Part shown: in pieces, positions 43,005 to 57,375 of the stretch
How the letters are laid out: every line of letters starts with the position of its first letter
How positions within the stretch are numbered: position 1 is the first letter of the stretch
Assembly: GCA_951406725.2 (NCBI GenBank)
Contig: OX597834.1
Span: forward strand, 36,146,001-36,210,000
Origin: Octopus vulgaris
Lineage: Eukaryota
Length of the DNA: 64,000 bases
Direction of reading: 5' to 3'
Translations under genes and position numbers: made by a program
The notes under the pieces: model-generated
Databases searched by the model: none
Seen by the model: only the letters and a program-made list of their open reading frames with translations
Told to the model about the DNA's origin: nothing

Positions 43005-43659
43005 CATACATACATACATACATGCATACATACATACATGCATACATACATACATACATACATACATGCATACATACATACATGCATACATACACACATA
43101 CATACATACATACATGCATGCATACATACATGCATGCATACATACATACATATATACATACATACATACATACATACATACATACATACATACCCTGTTG
43201 GTATTGCTGAAATTCCAATGAAGGTGTCCTGCATCTAAGAATCTGGTTCACTCTCGATAAATCTTGAAATAAAGCTGAATAATGACATACCTACCTACCT
43301 ACCTACCTACCTACCTACCTACATACATGCAAGCAGGTATCTTCGTATATAGTGCATACATACATATATACATACATGTGTGCATGCATGCATATAGTGG
43401 CTTCAGCTTATATTTCTTTTCTACCCGGGATACGAAACAAGTTACTTAATATCTGCTTATCTTCATTCTCGAATCCTTTGCTTCTCCCGCGAACATTCTG
43501 CAATGTGCTGCCTCTCTTCGCCATACTCTGCAGATGTCGCTGTCGCTGCAGTCGCGCTGCTTGCAACAGCCTTGCATCGACTCTGGTCTCCTATTATGGC
43601 AACGCTAGCACCAACACTATATCGCAATCTTTATCGCAATAGAAAATATAAATTAACAC

Positions 43660-44630
43660 CAGACACCACCACCACCACCACCACCACCGCCGCCACCACC
43701 ACCACCACCACCACCACCACCACCACCACCACCACCACCACCACCACCACCACCACCACCACCACCACCACTACCACCACCGACACAACCTTCAATACCA
43801 CCATCCCTGTAACTACCACAACTGCCACCGTTGCCACCGCCGCCACCACCACCACCACTACCACTACCATCACCACCACCACCACCACCACCACCACCAC
43901 CACCACTACCATCACCACCACTACCACTACCACCACCGACACAGCCTTCAATACCACCATCCCTGTAACCACCACAACTGCCACCACCACCACCACCACC
44001 ACCACAACCACCACCACCACTACCACCACCACTACCATCACCACCACAACCACCACACCACCACAATCTACCACAATTTCTACCACCAAAATATCCACCA
44101 CTGCAACTACGACCACACTCACAAAGAACAAGCAATAAGAACCTCAGCCCCACCACCACCACCACCACCACCACCACCACCACCACCACCACCACCACCA
44201 CCACCACCACCACCACCACCACCACCACCACCACCACCACCACCACCACCACCACCACCACCACCACCACCACCACCACCACCACCACCACCACCACCAA
44301 CACCACCACTACCACCACCACCACCACCACCACCACCACCACCACCACCACCACCACTACCACCACTACCATCACCACCACGACCACTACCACCAGTGAC
44401 ACCACCCACCGACACAACCTTCAATAACTACCACAACTGCCACCGTCGCCACTACTACCCACCGCCTTCATCCCCCCCCCCCCCCCCCACCAATATCACC
44501 ACCACCACTACTGTAACACAATCACCATCTCCCACCACCACCCCACCGCTATAACTACCACAAACCCCAGCACCACCACAAACCCCACCACCACCATCAT
44601 CATCATCATTATCATCATCATCATCATCAA
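43660..44630 (+). repeat. Compound (ACC)n microsatellite/minisatellite in intron 7
   Basis: Long ACC runs with a recurring GACACA(A/G)CCTTCAATA..ACCACAACTGCCACC unit near 43782, 43938 and 44411. Confidence 0.9.
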
Positions 44631-44964
44631 TGACAGCCCCCCCCTCCCGCCACTACCTCCACCCCTACCATCACCTCCATCGTCATCAACCCCCCCTCCC
44701 TCCCACCATCTTTTTTCTCAGAATGACACTCAACATCGAAACGAAAAACAAACCCTTGCTTCCTGCCTCCCATACGCGGCGCCATCCTTTGCCTCACATA
44801 ACAACATCCAATCCACCCTGTACCTTACCACCAGACATTATTCTTAAATTTTCTGGCCCCATCACAACTTTTATCCTAAACTTATTTGCTATGCGCACAT
44901 ATTTGCGAGAAATCACCACTGAAATGTCAACGATCTCTTTAAGTAACTGAAAACTATTTTTGAA

Positions 44965-45023
<59 letters not shown>

Positions 45024-45081
45024 TTGAGATTTTGTAAAGTATTTCAAATCATGTTTGCAGCGAGAATTTGATACATTTATA

Positions 45082-45312
45082 TACTGGGTTGGCGCATAAT
45101 TATTGCAGCTTTTTTTTCAACAAATTTTATTCAACAAAAATAATAACAATATTTAAAAAAAAAACAAGCATCGTTAAATGACGGTCTGACCGTCTGCCAA
45201 GCAAATGGGAAAGCAGAAATTGAAGTAGATGGTGAATATGCTCCGGAATAATCATTTAAAGATGTTTTTGTTGAAAAAAATGAAACCACAATAATTATGC
45301 ACCAACCCAATA
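45082..45312. mobile_element. Mariner-derived MITE
   Basis: TA|CTGGGTTGGCGCATAATTATTG ... CAATAATTATGCACCAACCCAA|TA terminal inverted repeats. Confidence 0.75.
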
Positions 45313-45456
45313 TTTGAAATGTGAAGGCGCATAGCCCAGTGGTTAGGCTGTTGTACTAACGATCGCTAGGTTGCAGGTTCAGTTCACTGTAGTCTTGAGA
45401 AAAACATTTCCTTTTACGTTGCTCCAATCCCCTTTTCCATCACGTGGTGGTGGTGA

Positions 45457-45689
45457 AGGCGGCGAGTTGGCAGAAACGTTAGCACGCCGGGCGAAGTGCT
45501 TAGCGTTATTTCGTCTGCCGTTACGTTGTGAGTTCAAATTCCGCCGAGGTCGACTTTGCCTTTCATCCTTTCAGGGTCGATTAAATAAGTACCACTTACG
45601 CACTGGGGGTCGATATAATCGACTTAATACCTATGTCTGTCCTTGTTTGTCCTCTCTGTCTTTAGCCCCTTGTGGGTAGTAAAGAAATA
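45457..45689 (+). mobile_element. Monomeric SINE family C with TSD
   Basis: AGGCGGCGAG..AAAGAAATA flanked by GGTGGTGGTGA at 45446 and 45690. Confidence 0.85.
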
Positions 45690-46721
45690 GGTGGTGGTGA
45701 TGGTGGTGGTGGTAGAGTGGCGTGAGGCCGGGAATGTTAGCCTGCTCGCCTAGCCAATTCGAAGGTCGAAACAATGCAAAAAGTGCATTGTGACCAGCGA
45801 TGTGTAACAACATCTGATAGTTCGGTCCATCGTATGGTCACGTGGATATATTTGAAATATGGCGGCGAGCTGGCAGAACGAAGAACCGGTTCTTTCTCTA
45901 TTGGCAAGAAATCTTGAAATAAAATTGCTCAGTGACAAACATACATACATACATACATACATACATACATACATACATGCATACATACATACACACACAC
46001 ATACATACATACAAACATACATACATACATGCATGCATACACACATACACACATACATACATACATACATACATACATAAATACACACACATACATACAT
46101 ACACATACACACATACATACATACATACACACATACATACATACATACATACATACATACAAACATACATACATACATACATACATGCATACATACACAC
46201 ACACATACATACATACATACATACATACACACATACATACATACCTACAAACATACATACATACATACATACATACACACACACACATACATACGTACAT
46301 GTGTGTGTGTCGTGCGTGTGTGTGTGTTTGTGTGTGTGTATCTACATTATGCTAAACCTCAACGTCTGTTTTCCTGTCCTTTGATTAAGATGCTGAAGAT
46401 TACAAATAAAATAGTCATTTCCCCCTTCAAGAAAAAAAAAAGAAAGAAATCAAGTTGATAATAATATGCGGCGGTGACCCGTCAAAGAATCGTCACAGCT
46501 ACCGCTCGTCCGTTGTTTTGGTTTTTCTTACTTTCTTTTTTCTTCCCCAAACACTTGCACAACTTTCGGAGTTACGACATTTCAAAGTCACATTTTTCAA
46601 CTTGATTTTTTCTACTTCTTTCTTCTGAAAGAAGAAAATTACTCTCCTTCCTCCTCCCCCTCCCCCTCGCTTAATCTGTTGTTTCCTCCCTGTGCTGTTG
46701 GCTAGGTTCTATAGGTAGAAC

Positions 46722-47111
46722 GTGGAGGCGCAATGGCCCAGTGGTTAGGGCAGTGGACACGCGGTCGTAGGATCGCGGTTTCGATTCCCAGACCGGGCAT
46801 TGTGAGTGTTTATTGGGCGAAACACCTAAAGCTTCACGAGGCTCCTGCAGGGGATGGTGGTGAACCCTGCTGTACTCTTTCGCCACAACTTTCTCTCACT
46901 CTTTCTTCCTGTTTCTGTTGTACCTGTATTTCAAAGGGCCCGGCCTTGTCACACTGTGTGTCACGTTGAATCTCCTCGAGAACTACGTTAAGGGTACACG
47001 TGTCTGTGGAATGCTCAGCCACTTGCACGTTAATTCCACGAGCAAGCTGTTCCGTTGATCGTATCAGCTAGGACCCTCATCGTCGTAACCGACGGAGTGC
47101 TCCTCTCTCTC
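46722..47111 (+). mobile_element. SINE family B copy with TSD
   Basis: 11-bp TSD ATAGGTAGAAC at 46711 and 47112. Confidence 0.88.
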
Positions 47112-47853
47112 ATAGGTAGAACATGGAGTTTGAAATGAACGCACAGAAGCGACTCTCTGGTTTTCTGCCCCAATAAAGATTATTATTTTAGATAAAATAG
47201 TGTTTTTTTTCTTCTTTTACCGCTGCGCATCGACATTTTGAACTTGGATTGGTTGCGATACATGAATACACACACACACACACGCACGCACACATATATG
47301 ACCATCCTCAAATACAACAATATATATGTATATATACAGGTCGTAGTCGACTTACGATCTGTCCAACTTACGGCATATCCGATTTAGGACATATCCGACT
47401 TACGACCGATCAACTCTACGACGATTGGCCCAACATCTCCTGGAACCTATAATAAATAGTCCAGTTGAAATCTAATGGGTTTAATTTCTTAATTCTACCA
47501 TCACCACCTCCACCACCCAACCACCACCACCACCACCACCACCACCACCACCACCGCCACCACCACGACTATCGCTATGATGACCATTCCGACGATGACT
47601 AGTAGCAAGATACAATAAACACGACTACAACAGTCGGCACTCGAACGAAAGAGACTCAAAATGGTCGCTCGATTTGCGAGAAATAGCAGCTAAATCATTC
47701 TAAAATTATAGGACATAGACAATATAATGCGACAAAGGCCTAAAAGTTATCTCCCCTTGTCACCCCTCCCTCTTGCATGATCTCTATTTCACACACACTT
47801 TCTCTCACTCTCTCCATCTCTATCTCTATGTCTCTCTCTCTCTCTTTTTCCAG

Positions 47854-48189
47854 ATATTCCTGCGTGGAATCCGTCATCTGGTTGGTCTTGGTGGCGATAC
47901 ATACTACGCAGTTGACGAGGAAGGGACACTGAGCATGCGCGGATTTGACAGATCTAACGAGAGAGACGCCAAAACTGGCGTGCAAGGCAGTCCAGCCGTG
48001 CCGAAATCGGAAAGAGACATGGACGAAATCAAGAAATCCGTCCAATATTTGGTCCAACGAGCCACCATCACTGATGCACGCCAAGAAATCTCTTCTGAGT
48101 GGCAGCAGGTTGCGTTGGTCATTGATCGGATCTTGTTTATTTTCTTTCTACTTACTTTTTTTATATCCACATTAAGTATTTTTGCCTAA
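47854..48189 (+). CDS. Gene 1 exon 8: short intracellular loop, MA helix, M4, stop
   Basis: TTTTTCCAG acceptor; IFLRGIRHLVGL...EWQQVALVIDRILFIFFLLTFFISTLSIFA* (EW..VA.VIDR motif). The joined CDS is 85+146+152+268+181+87+119+336 = 1374 nt, an open frame of 457 aa. Confidence 0.95.
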   Translation: MFLRGIRHLVGLGGDTYYAVDEEGTLSMRGFDRSNERDAKTGVQGSPAVPKSERDMDEIKKSVQYLVQRATITDARQEISSEWQQVALVIDRILFIFFLLTFFISTLSIFA

Positions 48190-48453
48190 AGTCCCGTACA
48201 AGTGGGACATAGGAGCAAAATATGAATACGTGAATGAGAGCGAGAGACAGTGAAATCCGAATTCAGACTTATTTCAGAATCTGAACAGATTGACAAACCG
48301 AAAGTGGTTACCAATGAAAATGTCTTTAACTTTCTTCTCTAACCTGGACAAATTGTTAAAAATGTCAAATTCACTCTTAATATTCGTATTGTGAATATGC
48401 AACATAGTAGCAAAATTCAGAACGACGAAAAAAATGCTCTTTTCAATAACGAT

Positions 48454-48459
48454 AATAAA
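48454..48459 (+). terminator. Candidate polyadenylation signal of gene 1
   Basis: First AATAAA I found after the stop codon (~265 nt downstream), followed by T-rich sequence; motif match only. Confidence 0.35.
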
Positions 48460-48522
48460 TCCTGTTATCAACTATTTTTTCTCAATAATTTTAAACGATG
48501 TTGTAGTATACGAAGGGACACA

Positions 48523-49412
48523 AGCGAGCTGGCTGAATCGTTGGCACGCCGGGCGAAATGCTTCGTGGTATTTCGTCTGCCGTTACGTTCTGAGTTCAAA
48601 TTCCTCCGAGGTCGACTTTGCCTTTCATCCTTTCGGGGTCGATAAATTAAGTATCAGTTACGCACAGGTTCGATATAATCGACTTAATCCGTTTGTCTGT
48701 CCTTGTTTGTCCCCTCTGTGTTTAGCCCCTTGTGGGTAGCAAAGAAATAGGTATTTCGTCTGCCGTTACGTTCTGAGTTCAAATTCCTCCGAGGTCGACC
48801 TTGCCTTTCATCCTTTCGAGGTCGATAAATTAAGTATCAGTTACGCACTGGTTCGATATAATCGACTTAATCCGTTTGTCTGTCCTTGTTTGTCCCCTCT
48901 GTGTTTAGCCCCTTGTGGGTAGCAAAGAAATAGGTATTTCCTCTGCCGTTACGTTTTGAGTTCAAATTCCGCCGAGGTCGACTTTGCCTTTCATCCTTTC
49001 GGTGTCTATAAATTAAGTTCCACTTTCGCACTGGGGTTATGTAATCGACTTAATCCCTTTGTCTGTCCTTGTTTGTCGCCTCTATGTTTAAGCCCTTTGT
49101 GGGTAATAAAGAAATAAGAAACGTTAGCACGCCGGGCGAAATGTTTAATGGTATTTCGTTTGTCTTTACGTTCTAAGTTCAAATTCCGCCGAGGTCGACT
49201 TTGCCTTCCATCCTTTCGGGGTCGATAAATTAAGTACCAGTTGAGTATTGGAGTCGATCTAATCGACTGGCCCCTCCCCCAAAAACTTCGGGCTTTGTAC
49301 CTAGAGCCTTTAGGGATCGATAAATTAAGTACCAGTTGCGTCCTGGAGTCGATCTAATTGATTGTCCCCTCCCACCCAAAAATTTCGGGCCTTGTGTCTA
49401 GAGTAGAAAAGA
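48523..49412 (+). mobile_element. Multimeric SINE family C array downstream of gene 1
   Basis: Head plus three tail-A modules, then a further head fragment and duplicated tail B. Confidence 0.8.
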
Positions 49413-50313
49413 AAATACAAACCTATGCGCATGACTCAGTGGTTAGGGCGTCGGGCTCACAATTATGAGGTAGTGAGTTCGGTTCCCCAGCCGGGCTGTA
49501 TGATGTGTTCCAGTTCACTCAGCTGTAGAAATGAGTTGCGACGTATCAGCTTTTAACTTTCTCTTGGGCAACATCAGTGACGTGGAGAGAAGGGGCTGGT
49601 ATGCATGGGTGACTGCGGGTCTTCCACAAACAACCTTGCGCGGACCTGTACTTAGGAGGGTAACTTTATAGGTGCAATCTCATGGTCATTTATAACCGAA
49701 GGGGGTCTTTACCCTTTTAAACAAAAGCAGGAGTTGAACAATTGCATCATTTTCGACATAGTTTCCTTGCTTTGCGATGCAACTCTTCCAGCGGTCCACA
49801 AGCTCCCTTATTCCATTGAAAAAAGTTTATGGTTGATCGCGCATTATTTATGCATCGCTTCCTACACTTCTTCCGTCGTAGCAAATCGATGAACTCGTAA
49901 CAGATGTATGAGCGATCCAAAGAAGTGATCACATGGTTCCAGGTTCAGTCCCACTGCGTGGCACCTTGGGCAAGTGTCTTGTACCATAGCCTTGGGCCGA
50001 CTAAAGACTTGGAAGTGGATTTGGTTGATGGAAACTGAAAAGAAGCCTGTCGTATGTATATTTATGTATGTGTGTGTGTGTGTGAATTTGTGTTTGTCCC
50101 CCACCATCGCTTGACAACCGATGTGGGCGTGTTTACGTCACCGTAACTTAGCGGTTCGGCAAAACTGACCGATAGAATAAGTACTAGTGCTTACAAAGAA
50201 GTCCCGAGTTCTATTTGCTCGAGTAAAACACTTTAATAACAATAAGTCCTGGGGTCGATTTGTTCGACTAATGTCGGTGCTCCAGCATGGCTGAAACAAG
50301 TAAAAGAATAAAA

Positions 50314-50352
<39 letters not shown>

Positions 50353-51311
50353 TTTGATGTTGGTTGCAATGATTGAAATAATTCTGCAATTTTGAGATTG
50401 ATTATTATTCTTTATGCACAGCAACTAAGGAGGTTTCTGACAGCAACTCCGGTTGTCAAGCTGTGGTGGGAGACAAACACAGACACAAAGATACACACAC
50501 ACACATATATGCATATGTATTTCACCCACAAGGTTGTGGTCGGCCCGAGGCTATACTAGAAGACAGTTGCCCGAAGTATCAACAAGTGGGATTGAACTGG
50601 GAACGATATGGTTAGGAAGCAAGCATCTTACCACATAGCCACGCCTGCGCCTATGCCTTTTTCCCATCATTTTCATATTTGCATTGAAGGTCGAATCTGG
50701 ATTCGCAAAATTTACCTAGATAACAGAAAACAAACCGGCATTAAAAAGATATAGAATTCCTTGAAGTACAAACTACTCCATTTTATTTTCTGTCGCTCTC
50801 TTCTTGACGTCTTCAGCTTCCACTACCCCTGCACCATCTCGTTCCTTGAAAGCTATCCTCATCATTTCTGCTTCAACTACCCTCTTTCTCTCATCAGCCA
50901 CCTCTTCATCTCCCTCACCCCAACTTTCCCATCACGCACGTAGTCTCCACCATTCACTATGTTATCATCCCTCAACCACTGTGTTTATTGCAACGTGTTT
51001 GATTTCAGAGACGAGCGTTAAAGCATTCCTCAGGATGACATATATATATATGTATATATTATGTACACACATCCATCTGCGAAAACATAACCACCTGACC
51101 TCAGGAACATATTTTAGTTTGTTCCGTAATGTTTCGACCTACTTTTGTGGAACCGCTTAAAGGAGGTCATAAAAAAAAGTAAACTAATCACAAACGAATA
51201 AACATAGGGTGTCCCCCCACAATCCATGCATTCATTCATCCGTCCGTTCGCCCGTCCTTCTGTCTGCCTCTCTGTCTTGTCTGTCTGGCTATCTATCTAG
51301 ATATGTTGACC

Positions 51312-51645
51312 CCATTACGCAACTGGTATTTAATTTATCGACACCGAAAGGATGAAAAGTAAAGTGGACCTCGGCGAAACTTGAACTCAGAACGTAAAGA
51401 CAGACGAAATACCTATTTCTTTACTACCCACAAGGGGCTAAACACAGAGAGGACAAACAAGGACAGACAAACGGATTAAGTCGATTATATCGACCCCTGT
51501 GCGTAACTGATACTTATTTAATCGACCCCGAAAGGATGAAAGGCAAAGTCGACCTCGGCGGAATTTGAACTCAGAACGTAGCGGCAGACGAAGTACCGCT
51601 AAGCATTTCGCCCGGCGTGCCAACGATTCTGCCAGCTCGCCGCTT
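51312..51645 (-). mobile_element. Composite SINE family C (antisense)
   Basis: Reverse complement of the 12036-12400 architecture. Confidence 0.8.
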
Positions 51646-51681
51646 TATTTGTATATGTATATGTATATTTGTATATGTATA

Positions 51682-51745
<64 letters not shown>

Positions 51746-51751
51746 CACATG

Positions 51752-51787
<36 letters not shown>

Positions 51788-52078
51788 AGGCGCAATGGCC
51801 CAGTGGTTGGGGCAGTGGACTCGCGGTTTCGATTCCCAGACTGAGCGTTGTGAGTGTTTATTGAGCGAAAACGCCTAAAACTTCCACTAGGCTCCGGCAG
51901 GGGTGGGGGGCGATCCCTGCTGTACTCTTTCGCCACAACTTTCTCTTACTCTTTTTTCTGTTGGCCTGCGCGCTTACCCAGCGAGGTGGCATCATGTGAA
52001 GGCTAAAACAATGCGAAGAGCATTGTGTCCAGCGATGTGTAGCAGCATCTGATAGCCTGGTCGGTCACGGTGATCACG

Positions 52079-52145
<67 letters not shown>

Positions 52146-52439
52146 CGATTTTCTTTCAGTTTCCGTCTCCTAAATCCACTCATAAAGCTTTGATCGTCCC
52201 GAGGCTATAGTAGAAGACACTTGCCCTAGGTGAAACGTATAAATCTGTATATGCATGTACGCATATGTATGTATTTGCATAACTATATATCTATGTATGT
52301 ATTTGTGTGAGCGTGTCAATGGTCACGAAGGGGAACTGAACCCGGAACCATGTGCTTCTTACCGCATAGCCACACCCGTTAAATAGATAAACAGACAGCT
52401 GAGTAATGGCTGGATGGTTAAATAAATATTTATATAATA

Positions 52440-52505
<66 letters not shown>

Positions 52506-52508
<3 letters not shown>

Positions 52509-52853
52509 CGGAGATGTACTTGCATAGCAAGTGATTTGATCTGAGATCGTGTGCTGGAACGAAAACAATTGCAGCGTGGAAGGTGTTTGTAAGCCATTTA
52601 AGAAACACACAAAAGCCGTTCGATTCACTTCAACATTTAAGTTTAATTTGTCAAAATATTTTGGTCGCTATAAGACCGCGACCTGTTCACTGACAAAAAT
52701 CCGAGATGCAGCACGGATTTTTGTCAGTGAACAGGTCGCGGTCTCAAAGCGACGAAAATATTTTGACAAATTAAACTTAAATGTTGAAGTGAATCGAACG
52801 GCTTTTGTGTGTTTCTTAAATGGCTTACAAACACCATCCACGCTGCAATTGTT
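52506..52853. mobile_element. Penelope-type pseudo-LTR in inverted (hairpin) arrangement
   Basis: ~140-bp arms 52564-52703 and 52714-52853 with a 10-nt loop; same family as 18791-19302; flanked by (TA)n. Confidence 0.75.
52720..52770 (+). ncRNA. Minimal type I hammerhead fold with G3-C8 core (copy 4; copy 3 at 52647-52697 on - has G12C)
   Basis: UUUGUCA-GUGAACA-G-GUCGC(GGUCUCAAA)GCGAC-GAA-AAUAUU-U-UGACAAA. Confidence 0.65.
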
Positions 52854-53569
52854 AATATATATATATATATATATATATATAGGTGTGGGTGGGTGTCGGT
52901 TTGTGTGTGTGTCTGTGTGTGTTTAAGTGCTTGCGTGTACGTGTGTATGTACATTTATGTATATGTTTTTAGCTATCCATCTAGTAACTCACCAAGCTAG
53001 CTATATCTAGATTTCTAAATACAGTTTCAATATATTATATGAGTATATATACACATATTAAAAGTGCGAAACAGAATAGTAATAACACACCAATGACCAT
53101 AAACGCACTCACATAAACTCAAACACACACGCACGCACACATACATCCATACACACATACATACATAGATATATATAGTAATGAAAATATATACATATGC
53201 GTACATAGATATACAGATTTATACGTACATATTTATATATGTGTGTCTTTTACTCTTTTACTTGTTTCAGTCATTTGACTGCGGCTATGCTGGAGCACCG
53301 CCTTTTGGTCAAGCAAATCGACCCCAGAACTTTTTTTTTTGTAAGCCTAGTACTTATTCTATTCGTCTCTTATGCCGAAGCGCTAAGTTACGGGGACGTA
53401 AACAGACCAACATCGCTTGTCAAGAGAGCCCTTGCATGTCTACCAAATAAATGGAAGAGCATTGTAGAAAATGAAGGATAGTATATTTTAGATTAAAAAA
53501 AGAATTTTATTTATCTTAATTTTGAAAAATATAGGAAGTATTAAAAAACCGCATTATTTATGAGATGAC

Positions 53570-53618
<49 letters not shown>

Positions 53619-53672
53619 TGTATATATATATGTATGTATGTATATATATATATATATGTATATATATGTATA

Positions 53673-53719
<47 letters not shown>

Positions 53720-53732
53720 GTAGATAGATATA

Positions 53733-53829
<97 letters not shown>

Positions 53830-53844
53830 CAGACAGATAGATAA

Positions 53845-53891
<47 letters not shown>

Positions 53892-53916
53892 TGCATAGAC
53901 AATTTACACATATACG

Positions 53917-53951
<35 letters not shown>

Positions 53952-54506
53952 TGAGAGCAGAACATATTTCATATAGAAACAACCCAGAAATTCCTTAATA
54001 TTTACCCTTACCCCAAATATTTGCGAAATAAATTTCCTTTCATTTTTTATCTGTGTTCACCAGTCTTCGGAGTAGGGGTAAAAAAAAGAAGTCTAAAACC
54101 AGTTAAATATTATCAAACATAGCGATTTTCCCGCCCCTTTTCCCCACTCAATCCATCCCCCTCCAGGCTTGCGGCTGCCCCCACCTCTCTATGGAAGACA
54201 CGGAATTCACTGCCAACAGTCCACTGACATACAGGAATCCTCTTTCTCTTTCACTCTCTCTCTAGACCTTTCACTCTCTTTAGGCTTTTCTCTCTCTCTC
54301 TCTCTCCTACATTTCTTCCATTCCATTTCCTTCTGTTTTTACTGCAGTGGCGGTTGTTATTTTTATCAAATATTATTAGATTTTGCTTTAATTCATGCAA
54401 GCCGCACTCAAATTTCAAGCTGACAAGTTCGGTAACATTAATCTTATAATCATTAGTAACTGTAATAACAGTGAGTTTCTGCTACACTAACGCTAGTAAA
54501 AACATC

Positions 54507-54566
<60 letters not shown>

Positions 54567-54897
54567 TGAGGTTGTAGTTTGTTAAAACACACACACATGC
54601 ACAAGAAATTGTTGACGACCACACCAAATATAAATACCGCGGTTCCTGCATTTTAGCATTGCAGAACTCGGGATCGACACACGAGAGCGCAACTGCCACA
54701 GGAATACAAGAGACCATACCACGCAGTGTTACCAAAACAACATCCAAGAACGTCATCACCATTATAAACCGATATAATTATGATATGAACATATATAACA
54801 ATTAAGTACAAATGGATTATTAGGACAATATATCATTCGGAAAACATTGCAATATACTAATCTGCAATATACTAATTTCTCTTCTTACTCACTCAAG

Positions 54898-54985
<88 letters not shown>

Positions 54986-55084
54986 CTTCATTTTATACGC
55001 GGTATTCATAGAGATTTGCTTGTTGTATTGAGACATTGTTTTGCGAGCTCTTCTGGACATTACATCAAAGAGAGCTGTCCAATA

Positions 55085-55160
55085 ATGGCGATCTCCAGGC
55101 CAAGAATATTTACATTCAGTGCAGTGTTCCTGTTCGTCTTACAATTTTTTCCACAAGCGG
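55085..55160 (+). CDS. Gene 2 (paralogous nAChR-like subunit) exon 1: signal peptide
   Basis: MAISRPRIFTFSAVFLFVLQFFPQA; 16 of 24 residues identical to gene 1 exon 1; GTAAGT donor, phase 1. Confidence 0.87.
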
Positions 55161-55237
55161 GTAAGTAACATACTAATATTCTGTTTGTAATCCACCCATA
55201 CACCTAATCTCTTTATAGAGGTCTTTCTGTCTAACTA

Positions 55238-55794
55238 CAGAGTGATTGAAAAGTTACTTTCCCTATTTTAAAATACTTATATATGAATTATTGATTGTAA
55301 TTTTTACCAAAAAAAAAAATAGAATAAATAAATAAATTAGATATGAGAGGAAAGTTTCTAGTATGAGGTTTTATTTAAGGTTCGATGTGGACTCCAGATG
55401 TCGCCACCAACGTCTTGAGTTGCCCAGGAATTGTGTAAGCTGACCTCGTCAGAAACTCTTGTGGGAAACATGATTTGACTTTTTGTATTCTTCCTTCAAA
55501 TTCTTCCAAAGCCTTTTGTTTGGTACTGTAGACTCGTTCCTTTAACCAACCCGAAAAAAAGAAGTCATAAGGCGTTAAGTCGGGACTCCTGGTTGGCCAC
55601 TCATGTGGACCATGATGACCCATCCATCTCCTGGGGGAGTGGTCATTCACCCATTCACGCACGACAAGAGCAACACGATTACAGATTGAACTCTCATACT
55701 TCAAAAAACAAACGCAAAAATGTAAGAAAAAAATTACAAAAAATAAATAATTTATAAGTATTTTAAAATAGGGAATTACTTTTCGTTAACCCTG
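55238..55794 (-). mobile_element. Internally deleted Tc1/mariner element in gene 2 intron 1
   Basis: Imperfect ~40-bp TIRs (..TTTCCCTATTTTAAAATACTTAT / ATAAGTATTTTAAAATAGGGAA..); encodes EWPTRSPDLTPYDFFFSGWLKERVY. Confidence 0.8.
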
Positions 55795-56056
55795 TTTTTG
55801 CCTGTCGTTTTTCTTGTCTGATCACCTATTTGTCTAACTATTTGCATAACTGCACAAACCACTAGAAATCGCTTCGAGATATTTTGAATTTTTAAAAATT
55901 GTTTCTCAGTTTCATAATTTATTAATTGCTAAGAGAATTTAAAACTTTTTGCAAGTCTCCCTCGCTTATATTCAAGAATTGGGCAACAGATTTTCTTTCA
56001 TGGAACGATAAACAGATGTTATTTATACCCATAACTTCGTTAAGACTATAGTTTTA

Positions 56057-56495
56057 AAGGCGGCGTGCTGGCGCGCCTTTGCACGCTATGAGTATGAAGT
56101 ATGAGAGTTAGCACGCCGGGCGAAAGGCTTAGCAGTATTTCGTCTGCCGCTACGTTCTGAGTTCGAATCTCATCGAGGTCGACTTTGCCTTTCATCCTTT
56201 CGGGGTCGATTAAATAAGTACCAGTTACGCACTGGGGTCGATATAATCGACTTAATCCGTTTGTCTGTCCTTGTTTATCCTCTCTGTGTTTAGCCCCTTG
56301 TGGGTAGTAAAGAAATAGGTATTTCGTCTGTCTTTATGTTCTGAGTTCAAATTTCGCCGAGGTCGACTTTACCTTTCATCCTTTCGTTGTTCGACAAATT
56401 AAGTACCAGTTGCGTACTGGGGTCGATCTAATCGACTGCTCCCCCCCCCCGCTCTCCAAAAATTTCGGGCCTTGTACCTAGAGTAGAAAAGATTT
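56057..56495 (+). mobile_element. Composite SINE family C
   Basis: Head (with small insertion) + tail A + partial head + tail B. Confidence 0.8.
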
Positions 56496-57102
56496 TAGTT
56501 TCAATTTTGGCACAAGGCCAGAAATTTTGTTAGCTCTAGACGTTTAAACCAACTCCAGGGCTCGAGTGGTTCTTATTTTATCGGCACCTAAGGGACGTGA
56601 ATCAAGGAAAACCTCGGCAGAATTCGAACTCAAAACGTAGAGCACTGAAAGATACTCTTCTAAGCATTTTGTACAACGTGCTAACGATTTTGCCAGCTCG
56701 TCTCTTTAAAATTCATCAAACAATGCAAAAATGCTTGCAGTATTTCGTCTGTCTTTACGTTCTGAGTTCAAATTCCGCCGAAGTCGACTTTGCCTTTCAT
56801 CCTTCCGGGGTTCGATAAATTAAGTACCAGTTTCGTACTGGGTTAGATCTATTCTCCTCTTCCCTAACACAACCTTCACAATACACTAATCCCCGTCCTC
56901 CCTCCCTCCTCTTTACATACTATTTCTTTATTTCTCTCTTTTATTTCTTTATTTCTCCTCTTTACATACAATCTTGACATATCACTCTTGGGGTGTAGTT
57001 CCTTGTTCATTGTCATTAATTTACTGTTCTACGGTCTAGCTCTTGTAATTCATGCTTCTTCCAAGATACTGTTCCTGCCTCATATCTCATCAAAGCAACA
57101 GC

Positions 57103-57163
<61 letters not shown>

Positions 57164-57228
57164 TAATAATAATAGTAGTAATAATAATAATAATAATAGT
57201 AATAATAATAATAATAATAGTAATAATA

Positions 57229-57273
<45 letters not shown>

Positions 57274-57288
57274 GTAATAATAATAATA

Positions 57289-57354
<66 letters not shown>

Positions 57355-57375
57355 GTAATAATAATAATAATAATA

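Noticed and set aside
43503-44138. 211-aa Thr-rich mucin-like ORF with a hydrophobic N-terminus
   Set aside because: It is a translation of an (ACC)n microsatellite within intron 7; the gene 1 frame is complete without it.
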